Source: a virus. Taken from it: a DNA stretch of 64,000 nucleotides. The first letter of the stretch is position 1. Each line of letters begins with the position of its first letter. The DNA lies in IMG/VR virus record IMGVR_UViG_3300045391_006216, positions 36,097 through 100,096 of that record. One strand, 5' to 3'. The notes under the pieces are model-generated. The model had not been told where the DNA came from and searched no databases. It saw nothing but the letters and a program-made list of their open reading frames with translations. A program made the translations under genes and the position numbers. Of the stretch, positions 30,338-40,435 are shown piece by piece.

Positions 30338-30637
30338 AGGTCTAATACTGTTAGAGAACAGTATTTTTAAAATTTCCAAAGCAAGTTCAGTCTTTTTATC
30401 CGTTGGCATAGATTGGTGGTCTAACCTTTCTCTAAGAATGGAGATTGCTATTTTCTCTAGTAATGTGAGTTCCGATGATACTAGACATGCTGTCATTACT
30501 TCTTCACGAGTAGGTATTTTTACAATTCGGTAGCCTTTAGAATGTAGGCGATCGCCAATCTGCTCGATTTCGTACTTGGTGCATACATCAAGAATTTGTT
30601 CCACTCCATCAACATTATCCCAAAAAGAACTTGGCAT
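30332..30637 (-). CDS. hypothetical protein
   Basis: ORF track. Confidence 0.45.
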   Translation of the reverse strand: MPSSFWDNVDGVEQILDVCTKYEIEQIGDRLHSKGYRIVKIPTREEVMTACLVSSELTLLEKIAISILRERLDHQSMPTDKKTELALEILKILFSNSIRPL

Positions 30638-30927
30638 ATTTTCTCATTTATTAATGATGACATTTGTAGTTTGAATTATCTATTTTTGAGGATAATTCAA
30701 AACATTATCTTTGGTAACTCAGGCAAAATTTTTGCGAGTTGGCATCCAAATAATCGCAAAGTTTTTTCTGAATTACGGATTATCCTTAATCCTACCAAAT
30801 ATTCATGCTCTGCAATTAACCTATCATCAAATGCTTTTTTTAAAGCCTGTTCTTGAGCAACTAAGTTCGATTGCTTTCTAGAAACGGGTGGCTTAACTGG
30901 GATTGTATAACTCAATAACTTTACCAC

Positions 30928-31269
30928 TTAATTTACTCCAATTGCTTCAATAATAATATCGCCTAAAAACATCCAAACTTTTTTGTGAGAAGTAGTCCTA
31001 TTTTTTTCATCTTTATAACTATATCTTCGTAGTTCAAATTTATAATTCACTACTTCCATTTGCTGAGATATTTTCTGCCCTACTTTAATTTGGTTTTTGA
31101 ATTTTTTGGGCAGCGCAATAACATACTTATCTCCAGGTTTTAAGTTTACTGTTTCAGGATTTGGTAACTGTTTGATAACAAACTGCAATTGCTCCACAGT
31201 CAAAACATCAGGCAGGCAGTTTTCATTTATTGAAAAGTTCATTGCTGTTGGGTTGCTCGCGTTCAACAT
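30928..31269 (-). CDS. hypothetical protein
   Basis: Overlaps the end of the upstream gene. Confidence 0.45.
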   Translation of the reverse strand: MLNASNPTAMNFSINENCLPDVLTVEQLQFVIKQLPNPETVNLKPGDKYVIALPKKFKNQIKVGQKISQQMEVVNYKFELRRYSYKDEKNRTTSHKKVWMFLGDIIIEAIGVN

Positions 31270-32110
31270 CTATATTATTTACATCTTTAACGGGGTTAGC
31301 AGCGCTTAGCGCAGTTATCGCTTTTCTTTGGAACTCGTCTAAAGCTTCGGTTATCTCTTCACGGACAGATTGCGGTAAAACCTCAGAATCCGCTAATTTT
31401 TGAATTGCTTCTATTTCTGCTGTTCTAGTTGGCTTCATATCTTTCAAATCTATGGCAGTGCCCCATTCTTCCATCCCAGTTTGTATAAGATCGCCGCCTA
31501 CTTTGAGTAATGGGGCAATATTACTAGGGCCAAAAACTTCATCGGGTAAATCCATGATGCGAGAAAGCATTTTTTCAACAATTACAAGTCCACATTGGAT
31601 AATTTTTTCATTAACTTCAATCCTTTTTTGACGCCATTGTTGTAGCATTGTTTGGCGATCGCAGGCTTCCTGGATAGTAATTTTACTCGCAGCTTTTTTC
31701 CTGTCCTTTTCATACTGTTCGACTACCGATTGATAGTAATCTTGAAACTCAGGTATTTTTTTCCAGTTACTAATAGTTACTCGACTAACTTTTAGTAGTT
31801 TTGCTACCTCTATAACTAGTAATCCCTGACAAAGATAACCAGCTGCATCTCTTTGCTTTTGAGTCAAGTTTGGAAATTTATCTTCATTTTTTTCTTTTTG
31901 TTTCAAAAGTTCAAGGCTATGTTTTTCCCGTAGCAAAGCGCGATCGCTTGCTAACTGTTGATAATATTCATCAAATTCTGGCAGTCTTTTCCATTTAGCA
32001 ATAGTAACACGACTGACACCTGACTTTTTAGAAGCCTGGACGTTATTCATTCCATCGCACAGTAAAGCTGCTACATCTTTTTGTTTCTCGGTTAATTCAC
32101 CTCGCGCCAT
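31223..32110 (-). CDS. double-HTH protein, probable terminase small subunit
   Basis: Two repeats of LT.KQ..AA..L..G....A....VSRVTI..WK..PEF..YY followed by a helical oligomerisation-like region. Confidence 0.55.
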   Translation of the reverse strand: MARGELTEKQKDVAALLCDGMNNVQASKKSGVSRVTIAKWKRLPEFDEYYQQLASDRALLREKHSLELLKQKEKNEDKFPNLTQKQRDAAGYLCQGLLVIEVAKLLKVSRVTISNWKKIPEFQDYYQSVVEQYEKDRKKAASKITIQEACDRQTMLQQWRQKRIEVNEKIIQCGLVIVEKMLSRIMDLPDEVFGPSNIAPLLKVGGDLIQTGMEEWGTAIDLKDMKPTRTAEIEAIQKLADSEVLPQSVREEITEALDEFQRKAITALSAANPVKDVNNIDVEREQPNSNELFNK

Positions 32111-32802
32111 ACCAAAAATTACACCTATGACAAAGACAGATAACACTAGGTTATCCCTGGTTAAGATTTTAATCAAAAAGACGATTGGCGTGAACAAAAT
32201 ACGATCGCACTTTCTACAAAATCGATAAGAAATATGCCAAAATGCTTATCACTTATGTAGGATTGCGATCGCCCAAAGTTAAGTATTTGCCCAAACCCTT
32301 TGTGGGATTGGCTTTACAGATGTTAACTTGATGTCAATAACCCATCGCAGCATTTGATAAAGGATTATTGTTGCATCAGACAGCAGCCAGCTGGTAGTTA
32401 GCTGATGAGTAATTAACTTGATAAGTCTGGAATTGATTATTAGCATGAATTGATTCGTTTTTGCCTGGATTGCTAGCGTAGTTATACCGAGGAATAATCA
32501 TCTAAATTGCTGAGAATTTCAAAAGCGATCGCACAATCCATGCTTTTTGCTTGCTCGGTAATTCGATCTTTTCTATTAATAGGCAATTCTTCCAAATCTT
32601 TTTGTAGATGCCGTAAACTCCATAAAAATCTAATTAGCAGGGGAACTATGTCACTTTCTTGCAAGAAATGGTATTTCTCCGTAAGTTCCCTGAGTTTTTC
32701 GTCTGATAGCAGGGGGCACATATAATTCCAGCAGTATAAGTACTGAGATTATACAGCCGATTGTCGTCCAGAAGTCGATAGATTATGTTTGTCGTCGGGC
32801 CG

Positions 32803-32841
32803 TGCATATTAACTAATTATTTGTCGCCGTTAACAAATTAA
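32803..32841 (+). mobile_element. degenerate Tn7-like/CAST (V-K-type) transposon end remnant
   Basis: TGCATATTAACTAATTATTTGTCGCCGTTAACAAATTAA resembles TGTACA + AC.AATTAT.TGTC TnsB boxes as I recall them. Confidence 0.45.
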
Positions 32842-33001
32842 CAACCACTAGCTAGTCTGGATGCTCTATATCAAAAATAGACTTGTTCTATCACTAAAAT
32901 TATTTTACGATTGCATAAATCTTTCATAATCTTTGTTATAGCAGTTACCACCTTTCCACCTAGAATACCATTCATAATTAGCAAATAAAAAATTAAACAT
33001 A

Positions 33002-33277
33002 TTATTCATATTCCCAAAAATATTGACTATTAGCTTTTTTAAAAACTACTTCAAGTGTTGAAGATGAAGTAAAACATAAACCAAAATCTTTACAAACCCA
33101 TCGATGTCTATTGTATTTAACGGTAGCAAACAAAGACATACCTCGATCCAAATATTCTAGATATTCATCTAGAACGTCAAAAGTTAATGCCTCACGGTGA
33201 CGACGAAATATTAATCCATGTTGTAGCGCAATGACAATTACTTTTTGACACTCAAATTCTGCTTCTAAAGTAATCAT
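33002..33277 (-). CDS. hypothetical protein
   Basis: Translationally coupled small ORF. Confidence 0.4.
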   Translation of the reverse strand: MITLEAEFECQKVIVIALQHGLIFRRHREALTFDVLDEYLEYLDRGMSLFATVKYNRHRWVCKDFGLCFTSSSTLEVVFKKANSQYFWEYE

Positions 33278-33522
33278 TGAGGGATATATTTACTTAAATC
33301 TTTTTTGCGAATAAAACGGTACTCTACTCCGCAGTTTACATACGACATGTACTCGTTAAAGTCATTTGTCATAACTACTTTGGCTGCATTAAAATTACCA
33401 TCTCTATGCATATTTGATACAATACACCATTGTTGATTTTCAACATCAACTAATCTACAAATAAGAATTATATTAGGAACAGCATTTAATCGGGCCATTA
33501 ATTTGAATCTTGAACGTACCAC
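33274..33522 (-). CDS. hypothetical protein
   Basis: Small ORF in operon. Confidence 0.4.
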   Translation of the reverse strand: MVRSRFKLMARLNAVPNIILICRLVDVENQQWCIVSNMHRDGNFNAAKVVMTNDFNEYMSYVNCGVEYRFIRKKDLSKYIPQ

Positions 33523-33731
33523 TCATGTAAACATCTAGGACAAGTTTGAATTCCCTCAAACCAGTAAATTCTGGGATTTGCTCCAGGTGAATAACTTCCA
33601 CCATCTGTGGCTTTAAAGTAAGGTTTTGCGTACATCTCAAATTTATCAAATCCACACAAGGGGCATTCTCCCCACTCATTTCCTGGATTAATAATTTTGA
33701 GGAATGCTAGTAATCTCCAATACAAAAACAT
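33498..33731 (-). CDS. small Zn-ribbon protein
   Basis: CPLC...CPRC. Confidence 0.5.
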   Translation of the reverse strand: MFLYWRLLAFLKIINPGNEWGECPLCGFDKFEMYAKPYFKATDGGSYSPGANPRIYWFEGIQTCPRCLHEWYVQDSN

Positions 33732-33734
33732 AAC

Positions 33735-34484
33735 TTACCTTAAATCCGGCGAATAATACTCTTCAATTTCCGCAGTCAAATGCCAAACAATTTGTTTTGC
33801 TTGCAAGTATAGCAATTCTTGGTAGGTACATTGTAAACGAGTATGGGGGTAAGTGATGCGTTCGTTCATTTTCTTTTCAAATGAATTTACGATTGCTCGG
33901 ACTGCGATCGCGCTTAAGTTCTTATCTTGCCAGCATTTATCAAAATCTTTAGGAAGTACCTACCCTTTATTTAATACCCTAATTACAACTGCATCGCAAA
34001 GAACTTTAAATTCTGACGCTAAATCCTTCACTAGTCCTTCTTGAGTTTTGTAGGATTCGTGCCAATAACCTTGTGCGGGATTCAAACCAGCAGCATAAAT
34101 CGCAGTTTTGGCGAATTCTTCTAGCAATTGATAGGTGAAATTCAGCATCCGGTTAAATGGGAGATTATTGTTGCGCCCAACAAATTGCCAATCATTGTTT
34201 AAAGTCAAAGGTAATGCTCTGTAGTAAATTTGCATTCCTGCTCCCAGCAATCCTTGAAGCGAAGATACCGAATTTTGTTGGTAAACAGCGCCGATAATTG
34301 TTTGTAGGTCTTCGCAAGCTTGCTCGACGGGAGATTGGTTTTCCCTTGACTTTCTCAATAAAAAACGCCGATATCGGCGCAAGATGCCCCAAATAGTACA
34401 TCTAGACTCTATGTTTTGGCTAGCACCAACATAAACCTTTCCATCTAGTTTATTCGTGATTAAGTATATGCCTTTTGTTGCCAT
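33735..34484 (-). pseudogene. cas1: chimera of a GIY-YIG N-terminal fragment and a degenerate Cas1 helical domain, with one premature TAG
   Basis: GIYLIT...VYVGAS.NI..R, then SLQGLLGAG..YY, F.GRN, N.ML.F.Y, GLNP..GYWH, DLASEF..L.DAVV; past the TAG at 33960 the frame continues ...YPHTRLQCTYQELLYLQAK...YSPDLR*. Confidence 0.7.
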
Positions 34485-34548
34485 AAATTTTCTTAGTTAC
34501 TTAGTTGGCTCTCGCTCAACAGGAGAGCCATAAAGTATTACTCCTTTG

Positions 34549-34887
34549 TTAGTCAAATACCTCTGCAATCTCCGCACCAATATCTTGCACTATGCGATCG
34601 CCGATTAAATGGCCAACGTTACGAGCGCTTTCAGCCAGAATCGTAAAAGTGTTTCCAGTAGAAATTGCTTGAGGGCTAAACGCCCCACCCAGGTAACTCA
34701 TAGCTTGAGCATACTTGTCGGTTGGATTAAAGGACGCTAATTTTTTAACTTCTACATAGTTTTCGCTAAGAAATGCTTCAAGAACTTGACGATGTAAACT
34801 ATTGCTCGGTGGCATTTTCTCAAGAATAATATTGACTGCCTTTTGAATTTTTTCTTTGGTTATTTCTGTGGACTGAGTTGTAGTCAT
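34549..34887 (-). CDS. hypothetical protein
   Basis: 112-aa ORF with AGGAG RBS. Confidence 0.55.
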   Translation of the reverse strand: MTTTQSTEITKEKIQKAVNIILEKMPPSNSLHRQVLEAFLSENYVEVKKLASFNPTDKYAQAMSYLGGAFSPQAISTGNTFTILAESARNVGHLIGDRIVQDIGAEIAEVFD

Positions 34888-34891
34888 GCTG

Positions 34892-35404
34892 TTATCTCCT
34901 TAGCCAATCGTTTGAATTTTCTGCTTCTAACTGGGGTGCGTACAACGCATCCCAGTTGCGCTGTAAATGCTCATGGATGATTTTAGAAAGGTACTGAGCA
35001 ATCCTTGAGCCATCAAAATAGATTGCTGTTTTCAGTAGGATAAAATTCTGCTTGGTCAAGTATATGTAATTGATTACCTGTTTTTCCATCCCTCCTGGCA
35101 GTACAACATGCCCTAGTGGGTTTGGTGCAATATCCTCACTTGTTGGGGGACTTTTATAATCAGGTAAACCTTCAAATCCCTGAGTAACAACTATATTTAT
35201 CCATTCATCAACACCTATTTCTCGCTTAGTAAAATCTAATCTTGCCAATCCAGTGTAATAAGCTCGGTTGCGACCTAGCCATCCCCGGACATATTGCATA
35301 ATCAGTGTCTGCCTTGAATCTCCCGACGCTTCGCTGAAAGTATCGAGCTTTTTGTTGTTCTCTGGCGTGATGTAATAGTAAGAGAGGTTGAACTGGTAGG
35401 ACAT
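34892..35404 (-). CDS. probable double-RHH regulator
   Basis: Two beta-helix-helix-like segments; divergent from the 35587 operon. Confidence 0.45.
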   Translation of the reverse strand: MSYQFNLSYYYITPENNKKLDTFSEASGDSRQTLIMQYVRGWLGRNRAYYTGLARLDFTKREIGVDEWINIVVTQGFEGLPDYKSPPTSEDIAPNPLGHVVLPGGMEKQVINYIYLTKQNFILLKTAIYFDGSRIAQYLSKIIHEHLQRNWDALYAPQLEAENSNDWLRR

Positions 35405-35586
35405 TAGCTCATAAGCTATTGGATGTTATATTGTAAATCTAGTTTACCTCGATCTAAAACAAATTTACTCTAATTGTGATAATATAGTCCACAAAAGTTA
35501 AAGCGATCGCACGCCTTGGCCGGATTGCGATCGCTCCTTACCCCGAAGGGCAAGTAACCCCAAAGTTAGTTGGAGCTACCAAAAGT

Positions 35587-35793
35587 ATGACACCCGAAGA
35601 GTACGAAATTAAATATGGTTTGCGGCCGATGGCGGTCGCATACGAGCATTGCATGACTGAAACGGCATACCGTAGGCACAAATTGAAGACGCGCAACAGA
35701 AACAATCCTTCGATGATGGCCTGCCGAATCTCACAATTATTAGACTACTTGAGGCAACAAGGACTAGAACCACCACCACCTGATTTTTTTTGA
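35587..35793 (+). CDS. small Cro-like protein
   Basis: 68-aa ORF heading a divergent operon. Confidence 0.4.
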   Translation: MTPEEYEIKYGLRPMAVAYEHCMTETAYRRHKLKTRNRNNPSMMACRISQLLDYLRQQGLEPPPPDFF

Positions 35794-36066
35794 AAAATTT
35801 TCAGTTAATAACTAAATTATTTACTAAGTTAATTGCCCATCTTTGATGGGTTTTTTAGTATGAAAGTGTTCAAGGCTTCGACGAACAAATATGAGCAAAC
35901 TTAGTGATACTCAACAGGCTGAAGTATTCGCAATTAATTCAGTACGCGGGGATGGTACGAGCACCAACTATAAAAAATTAATCGACGACGCTCAGCAACA
36001 ACTTTCAACAAATCGTCCGTGGGAAGAGGTAAAAGAGGAACTTAGAAAAACCGCCCAATAGACATC

Positions 36067-36387
36067 ATGCCAACAATCAAAGAATGCCGCGAGCTTTTAG
36101 ATATCCAAAGCCGCGACACAATAAATGAAGACTTAAAGGCTTTGGGATTATTTGGGAATAGCTCTTTATCTTGGAGCGAAGTCCGAAGAGTTTTGGAAAT
36201 CAGGGTTTTTCTTGGGATTAAACCAGGAATCCACAGCCGGGAGAAATTCAACCAAACTCCGAAAGAGGAACTTGAACGTTTGTTTCAAAAGCATCAAAGC
36301 AGCATTGAGCAAAAGTTAGAACAGTTGCAACATCAGTACAAAAATAGACATAGAGTCACTGTACACTTGACTTTTGATCGAGACTAA
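36067..36387 (+). CDS. HTH-like DNA-binding protein
   Basis: TIKECRELLDIQSRDTINEDLKALG. Confidence 0.5.
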   Translation: MPTIKECRELLDIQSRDTINEDLKALGLFGNSSLSWSEVRRVLEIRVFLGIKPGIHSREKFNQTPKEELERLFQKHQSSIEQKLEQLQHQYKNRHRVTVHLTFDRD

Positions 36388-36853
36388 TTTTTGTATTGCA
36401 GATTTAATCGCCAGAATTGACGATTACGCTTTCAGGATGAGGTTTACAGAGATTTTTGCACAATTCACAAACTTTGATAACTTGGCACAACTACCAAGGT
36501 TCAGAGGCTCAAAAAATCATAGAGAGGAACTGATGAAAAGCCAACTTTTCACAAAACTCTTGATTTGCCTTGCTTTGAATAAAGTTACCTAAAGTTGAGC
36601 AACAATCACCTCTGCTAAATCGTACTTTTGAAAGGTGTTGTGTTTTAGGGGTACAGAGTAGGCAGACATAAATTAATACACATAAAGCAGGAATTAGATG
36701 TGTACAAAAAGGAGGAGAAATCAGTTATCCATCCAGATGGTAGGGTGGAAACCAGCATCAAAATTGAGCATAACGAGTCAGGAATTTTAGATTTTTGTGT
36801 GATGATTGGGGTCATTACATTTTGTATTGTTGCAGTTTGGTTAATCGTGAAAA

Positions 36854-37651
36854 ATGACAATAATCATCGAGGACTGGATAGCCCAGTACCCAAACTTAAT
36901 CAAACAATGCGAGATAATTCTTCGCAGAAAAATTCCCTATAGAACTTGGCATCATTGGCAAGAACTTATAGGAGTCTGCTATCCACAAGGCAAAAGGTTA
37001 AAAAGTCGCAAATATACCGACGAGCAAACCCAACTATTTTTGTGTTTAGCGTGGTTTCGCCGCCAATTCCCCAGGCGCAAATTGACCTACAAAAGTCTCA
37101 GAGAATTCTGGAAAAGTAACGAGTACAAAATTGAGGAAGTATTTGAAGCGATCGCTCAAGGAGAACAACCGCATTCCCCTGATGATGAGAAATTAGTGGC
37201 GATCGCCAAAGTCAAGGATTGTTGCGATGCAGTGATGGGGAGAGAAATTTCCAGAAAGTGCTGGGTCGCATGGAAAAAACATATTGGCATTTCTCTAAGA
37301 ACCAAATTCATTGATGAAGGGGCATCTGCATTATTAGTATTTGTCGCTTGTTGGAGGCGCGACAACTACAAAAAGAAGCTTCCCTCAGTGAGCCGATTGC
37401 TAATTATGATGCGGTCTAGCGATCGCCGAGCAATGAGCTTAGAAACTGCATCCAGTAAAACTCAGTTTATTGAGTGGCAGATGAGGGGGTGTACTGGCAA
37501 AGAATTGCCCAAATACCTTGCCGCTTATGGATTTAAAATTTCACCATTCACTCTGTATAGATGGGGTGGATATAGCCAGAAGAAGCATTATTCAGTTGCG
37601 GAATTGAATAATTGGAGAAAGATTGCAACCGACAAAAGGAGAATTGCTTGA
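36854..37651 (+). CDS. basic protein with three repeated wHTH-like units
   Basis: Three I(S/P)xxT/CW..W repeats; very K/R-rich. Confidence 0.5.
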   Translation: MTIIIEDWIAQYPNLIKQCEIILRRKIPYRTWHHWQELIGVCYPQGKRLKSRKYTDEQTQLFLCLAWFRRQFPRRKLTYKSLREFWKSNEYKIEEVFEAIAQGEQPHSPDDEKLVAIAKVKDCCDAVMGREISRKCWVAWKKHIGISLRTKFIDEGASALLVFVACWRRDNYKKKLPSVSRLLIMMRSSDRRAMSLETASSKTQFIEWQMRGCTGKELPKYLAAYGFKISPFTLYRWGGYSQKKHYSVAELNNWRKIATDKRRIA

Positions 37652-38178
37652 TGGCCCGTAGTAATCAGCTAACGGTGGTTCCAGAACAGACACTTGAATC
37701 AAAACCTAAAAGTATTTTGGCTCGACGACCAAAAAACGAAATTAGCATTCAAGCAGAAATACCACAAGCCCAAGCTCTACTAATTCAAGAACTGGAAATC
37801 TCGTTCGATCCAGATTTATGCGCTGCCATGATTGGGCGTTTGGTGCAGGCCCAACAAGAAATTAATGCTTTGACATCCAATGAAGAGAAGTTGACTAAAA
37901 CGGTTGAGTTAGGGCGATTAGCGGCAATTGAAAAAGCCAGGGCTTCTGGAATACAGCAGGCCAGGGCGGAGTTCGCGGAAAAAATGAAAAAACTCAAACG
38001 CGAACAGCAGCAAAAATTTATCGATATCGAGCTACCGAAACTCATTGGTGCTTGCGAACTCTTATCGGAAGAGCAAATGAAAGAAACTGTAGAAGCATTC
38101 GCTTCTAGATTGAAAGTTGAAATTAGCTGGGAAGAAACCGATGCAGGACTCCAATGCACCGCCAAACCTATCGCCTGA
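37650..38178 (+). CDS. coiled-coil hypothetical protein
   Basis: ORF with AGGAG RBS. Confidence 0.5.
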
Positions 38179-38653
38179 AATCCAAACCGCGATTGAGGCA
38201 TTATCAGAAGGTAAGGCGATCGCACAAATTTCGCAAATAGTTCAAAATCTAGTAAATCATCAACTCGAAGCCCACTTAATTGATTTTGAGCGTACTATTG
38301 CTCAAAGCAATGCTGCAACTATCGAATTGATGCAACAGGAATTAGAGCGCATTAAAAACGAATCTGCAACGGTAAAAGGAGCATTGCAGAGATTATCTAG
38401 TGCCGTTGCTCCTAATATTCCAGCGAATGCTGAGGTAGTGACATTCCGGCAAGCAATCCAAAACTTGGAAACCTGTGGCAGCATTTTGCCCAGTGATGCT
38501 GAAATCGCCACCGCTCAATTAAAGTTTCAGCGAAATCATGCTTGGTCATTATTTCGCCAGTCTCTTGCCAAAATTATTATTAGAAAATTGGAGGAAACGC
38601 TTTGCAAACCGCAGACTTCCACAGAGCCTACTGGAACTACGAAGCGAACTTAG
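38141..38653 (+). CDS. coiled-coil hypothetical protein
   Basis: ORF in operon. Confidence 0.5.
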   Translation: MQDSNAPPNLSPEIQTAIEALSEGKAIAQISQIVQNLVNHQLEAHLIDFERTIAQSNAATIELMQQELERIKNESATVKGALQRLSSAVAPNIPANAEVVTFRQAIQNLETCGSILPSDAEIATAQLKFQRNHAWSLFRQSLAKIIIRKLEETLCKPQTSTEPTGTTKRT

Positions 38654-39162
38654 GTATAGGTAAAGTTCATCAAGAGGATTTAGGAATATTTGCGCTGTTG
38701 TTTCAAGGTGGTAGCCCTGTATGCAACGTCAATTTCTTAGATAAAAGCCAGTTTTCTTACTACTGGCAGCAGTACAAAAAAAAAGGCACTCCTCTAACCT
38801 TAGGAATGCAAATTGATAGGGATGTTGAGGTAATAAGAGTAATTAGGCAGGATAACTTGTTTAAATTCCCAGAATTAAATCTGGAAATAAAACTCGAAAA
38901 TAATGCTCGTTACTTTCGTCCCCTTGATGGAGAATGGCAAGCTTTTGAAGATGATGTTTTTGTAGAATATAAACCTTGCGACTCCTTAATTAATGTCAGA
39001 TGAAAATAATCGTTGAGTCAGTGAGTAAAGAGCTTTATCTTGCTAAAGTAATACATCCAAATGGTATTTACTACTGTTATGGTATAAACGTCGATGATGC
39101 TATTGGCGGGTTAATAAGGGCAAGATGGAATTTGTTTTTAAGTCAAGAAGTAGAGATTATCA

Positions 39163-39813
39163 ATGGCAAAGCCAAAGTCTAACGATTTAGACCTTTCCGA
39201 TTTAAATGGCAATATTAGCAATGCAATCATCTTTCCCGATTCCCATTTTGGATTAGAGTTAGAAGTCTGGGAAAATGCTCAGCGTATTGCTGATATGCTT
39301 CCTGCCGGGTTTAAAGTTTTCGGCGACCTGGGTGATGAAGATGTAGCTTCTGCTATTGAAAAAGCCAAGGGTGCTGAACTTCAATCTAAGAATTGGAGTG
39401 AATATTCAACAGCAATTTCTAGATATTTAAAAGCTCTGATTAAAGTCAGAGAAACTCAATCTACTGTGAGTGAAAATGTTGCTCAATCTAGAGTAACTGT
39501 TGCTCAGATAGAGAAAGACTTGAAAACAAGTTTTGCAGGTTTAGAGGCTGAATACAGAAAAATCGTTGGCGATTCTAGAAGCGCGATCGCTGGGAAACAA
39601 TACGATTTAGAGCTTAGCCTCAATCGCATTGCTTCTCAATACACAGAAGGTAAAGCTAAAAAACAAGAACGATTGACAACGGAGACGACTAAAAAAGAGC
39701 CGACACCTTACGAGGAACAAACAACTTCTTTAGTTGATAAGTTTCGCCAACTCAGAGAAGCAAGGTATTCAGGTACGTCATTTGGAGTTACACAAAGGAT
39801 GAAAGCATCGTAA
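39163..39813 (+). CDS. coiled-coil hypothetical protein
   Basis: 216-aa ORF. Confidence 0.55.
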   Translation: MAKPKSNDLDLSDLNGNISNAIIFPDSHFGLELEVWENAQRIADMLPAGFKVFGDLGDEDVASAIEKAKGAELQSKNWSEYSTAISRYLKALIKVRETQSTVSENVAQSRVTVAQIEKDLKTSFAGLEAEYRKIVGDSRSAIAGKQYDLELSLNRIASQYTEGKAKKQERLTTETTKKEPTPYEEQTTSLVDKFRQLREARYSGTSFGVTQRMKAS

Positions 39814-39986
39814 TGAGAAAAATTGCAGTTACAGGATTTTTGATTATTTGTTTTGCGGTTGGTTACTTTGGCGTACAAAAATTTGAAGCACGTAAGCTAG
39901 TTTGGCTTGGTGTTGGGTTATGCGGATGTGGGGTTTTAGGAATTTTAATTCAGTCTCAACCAAAAAAAGTTATTAGGAGATATTAA
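39813..39986 (+). CDS. 57-aa two-TM membrane protein (not in the ORF track)
   Basis: MRKIAVTGFLIICFAVGYFG...LVWLGVGLCGCGVLGILI; TAATG coupling. Confidence 0.55.
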   Translation: MRKIAVTGFLIICFAVGYFGVQKFEARKLVWLGVGLCGCGVLGILIQSQPKKVIRRY

Positions 39987-40213
39987 ATGATTGCGGTAGT
40001 TACAAGTAGCAACTCTGAACCAAGTTTTCTACAAGTTATTCATGCAGGACAAAAGTTGGTTGATTCCAACAACCAAGTAATTAGTTCATTGCTGGAATTC
40101 ACATCTTCAGAATACACGGAATCTTCTGATATTCGTGATGCTATAAACAGCATCATTAACGCAAATAATGAGTACTGCAAACAAATTATTTTAGTAATGC
40201 AGCAAGGATATTC

Positions 40214-40435
40214 ATGAGTGGCTCTGAAATTTGCAAGGTTTTGCAGTCTGTGTTTGGATTTATTGTTGCATCCGCGATCGCACAACTTATTGCAGTACTG
40301 CCTCATTCACAATATCCAATTGCAATTGCGACGATAATTTGTTACCTAAAAGGGCATCAAGGTAGTTCACTTACATTGCAAGTCGTGGCGGTTGGGTTAG
40401 TTTTTGGATGGGGAAAATGTTATTTCGTTGGTTAG
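40214..40435 (+). CDS. small multi-TM membrane protein
   Basis: Hydrophobic 73-aa ORF coupled to the FtsK-like gene. Confidence 0.5.
   Translation: MSGSEICKVLQSVFGFIVASAIAQLIAVLPHSQYPIAIATIICYLKGHQGSSLTLQVVAVGLVFGWGKCYFVG

Larger units (their letters stand above)
29198..30347. promoter_or_regulatory. candidate parS/operator motif TATAAA(G/C)GTCTAATA
   Basis: Copies at 29198-29212 (reverse strand), 29992-30006 and 30333-30347; half site at 29238. Confidence 0.5.

Noticed and set aside
15401-34484. Alternative genetic code (stop reassignment) explaining the premature stops
   Set aside because: The stops differ (TGA, TAA, TAG), are accompanied by frameshifts, and all three codons end normal genes
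32200-35600. CRISPR array near the cas1 remnant
   Set aside because: No regularly spaced repeat-spacer units found by eye here or elsewhere in the window
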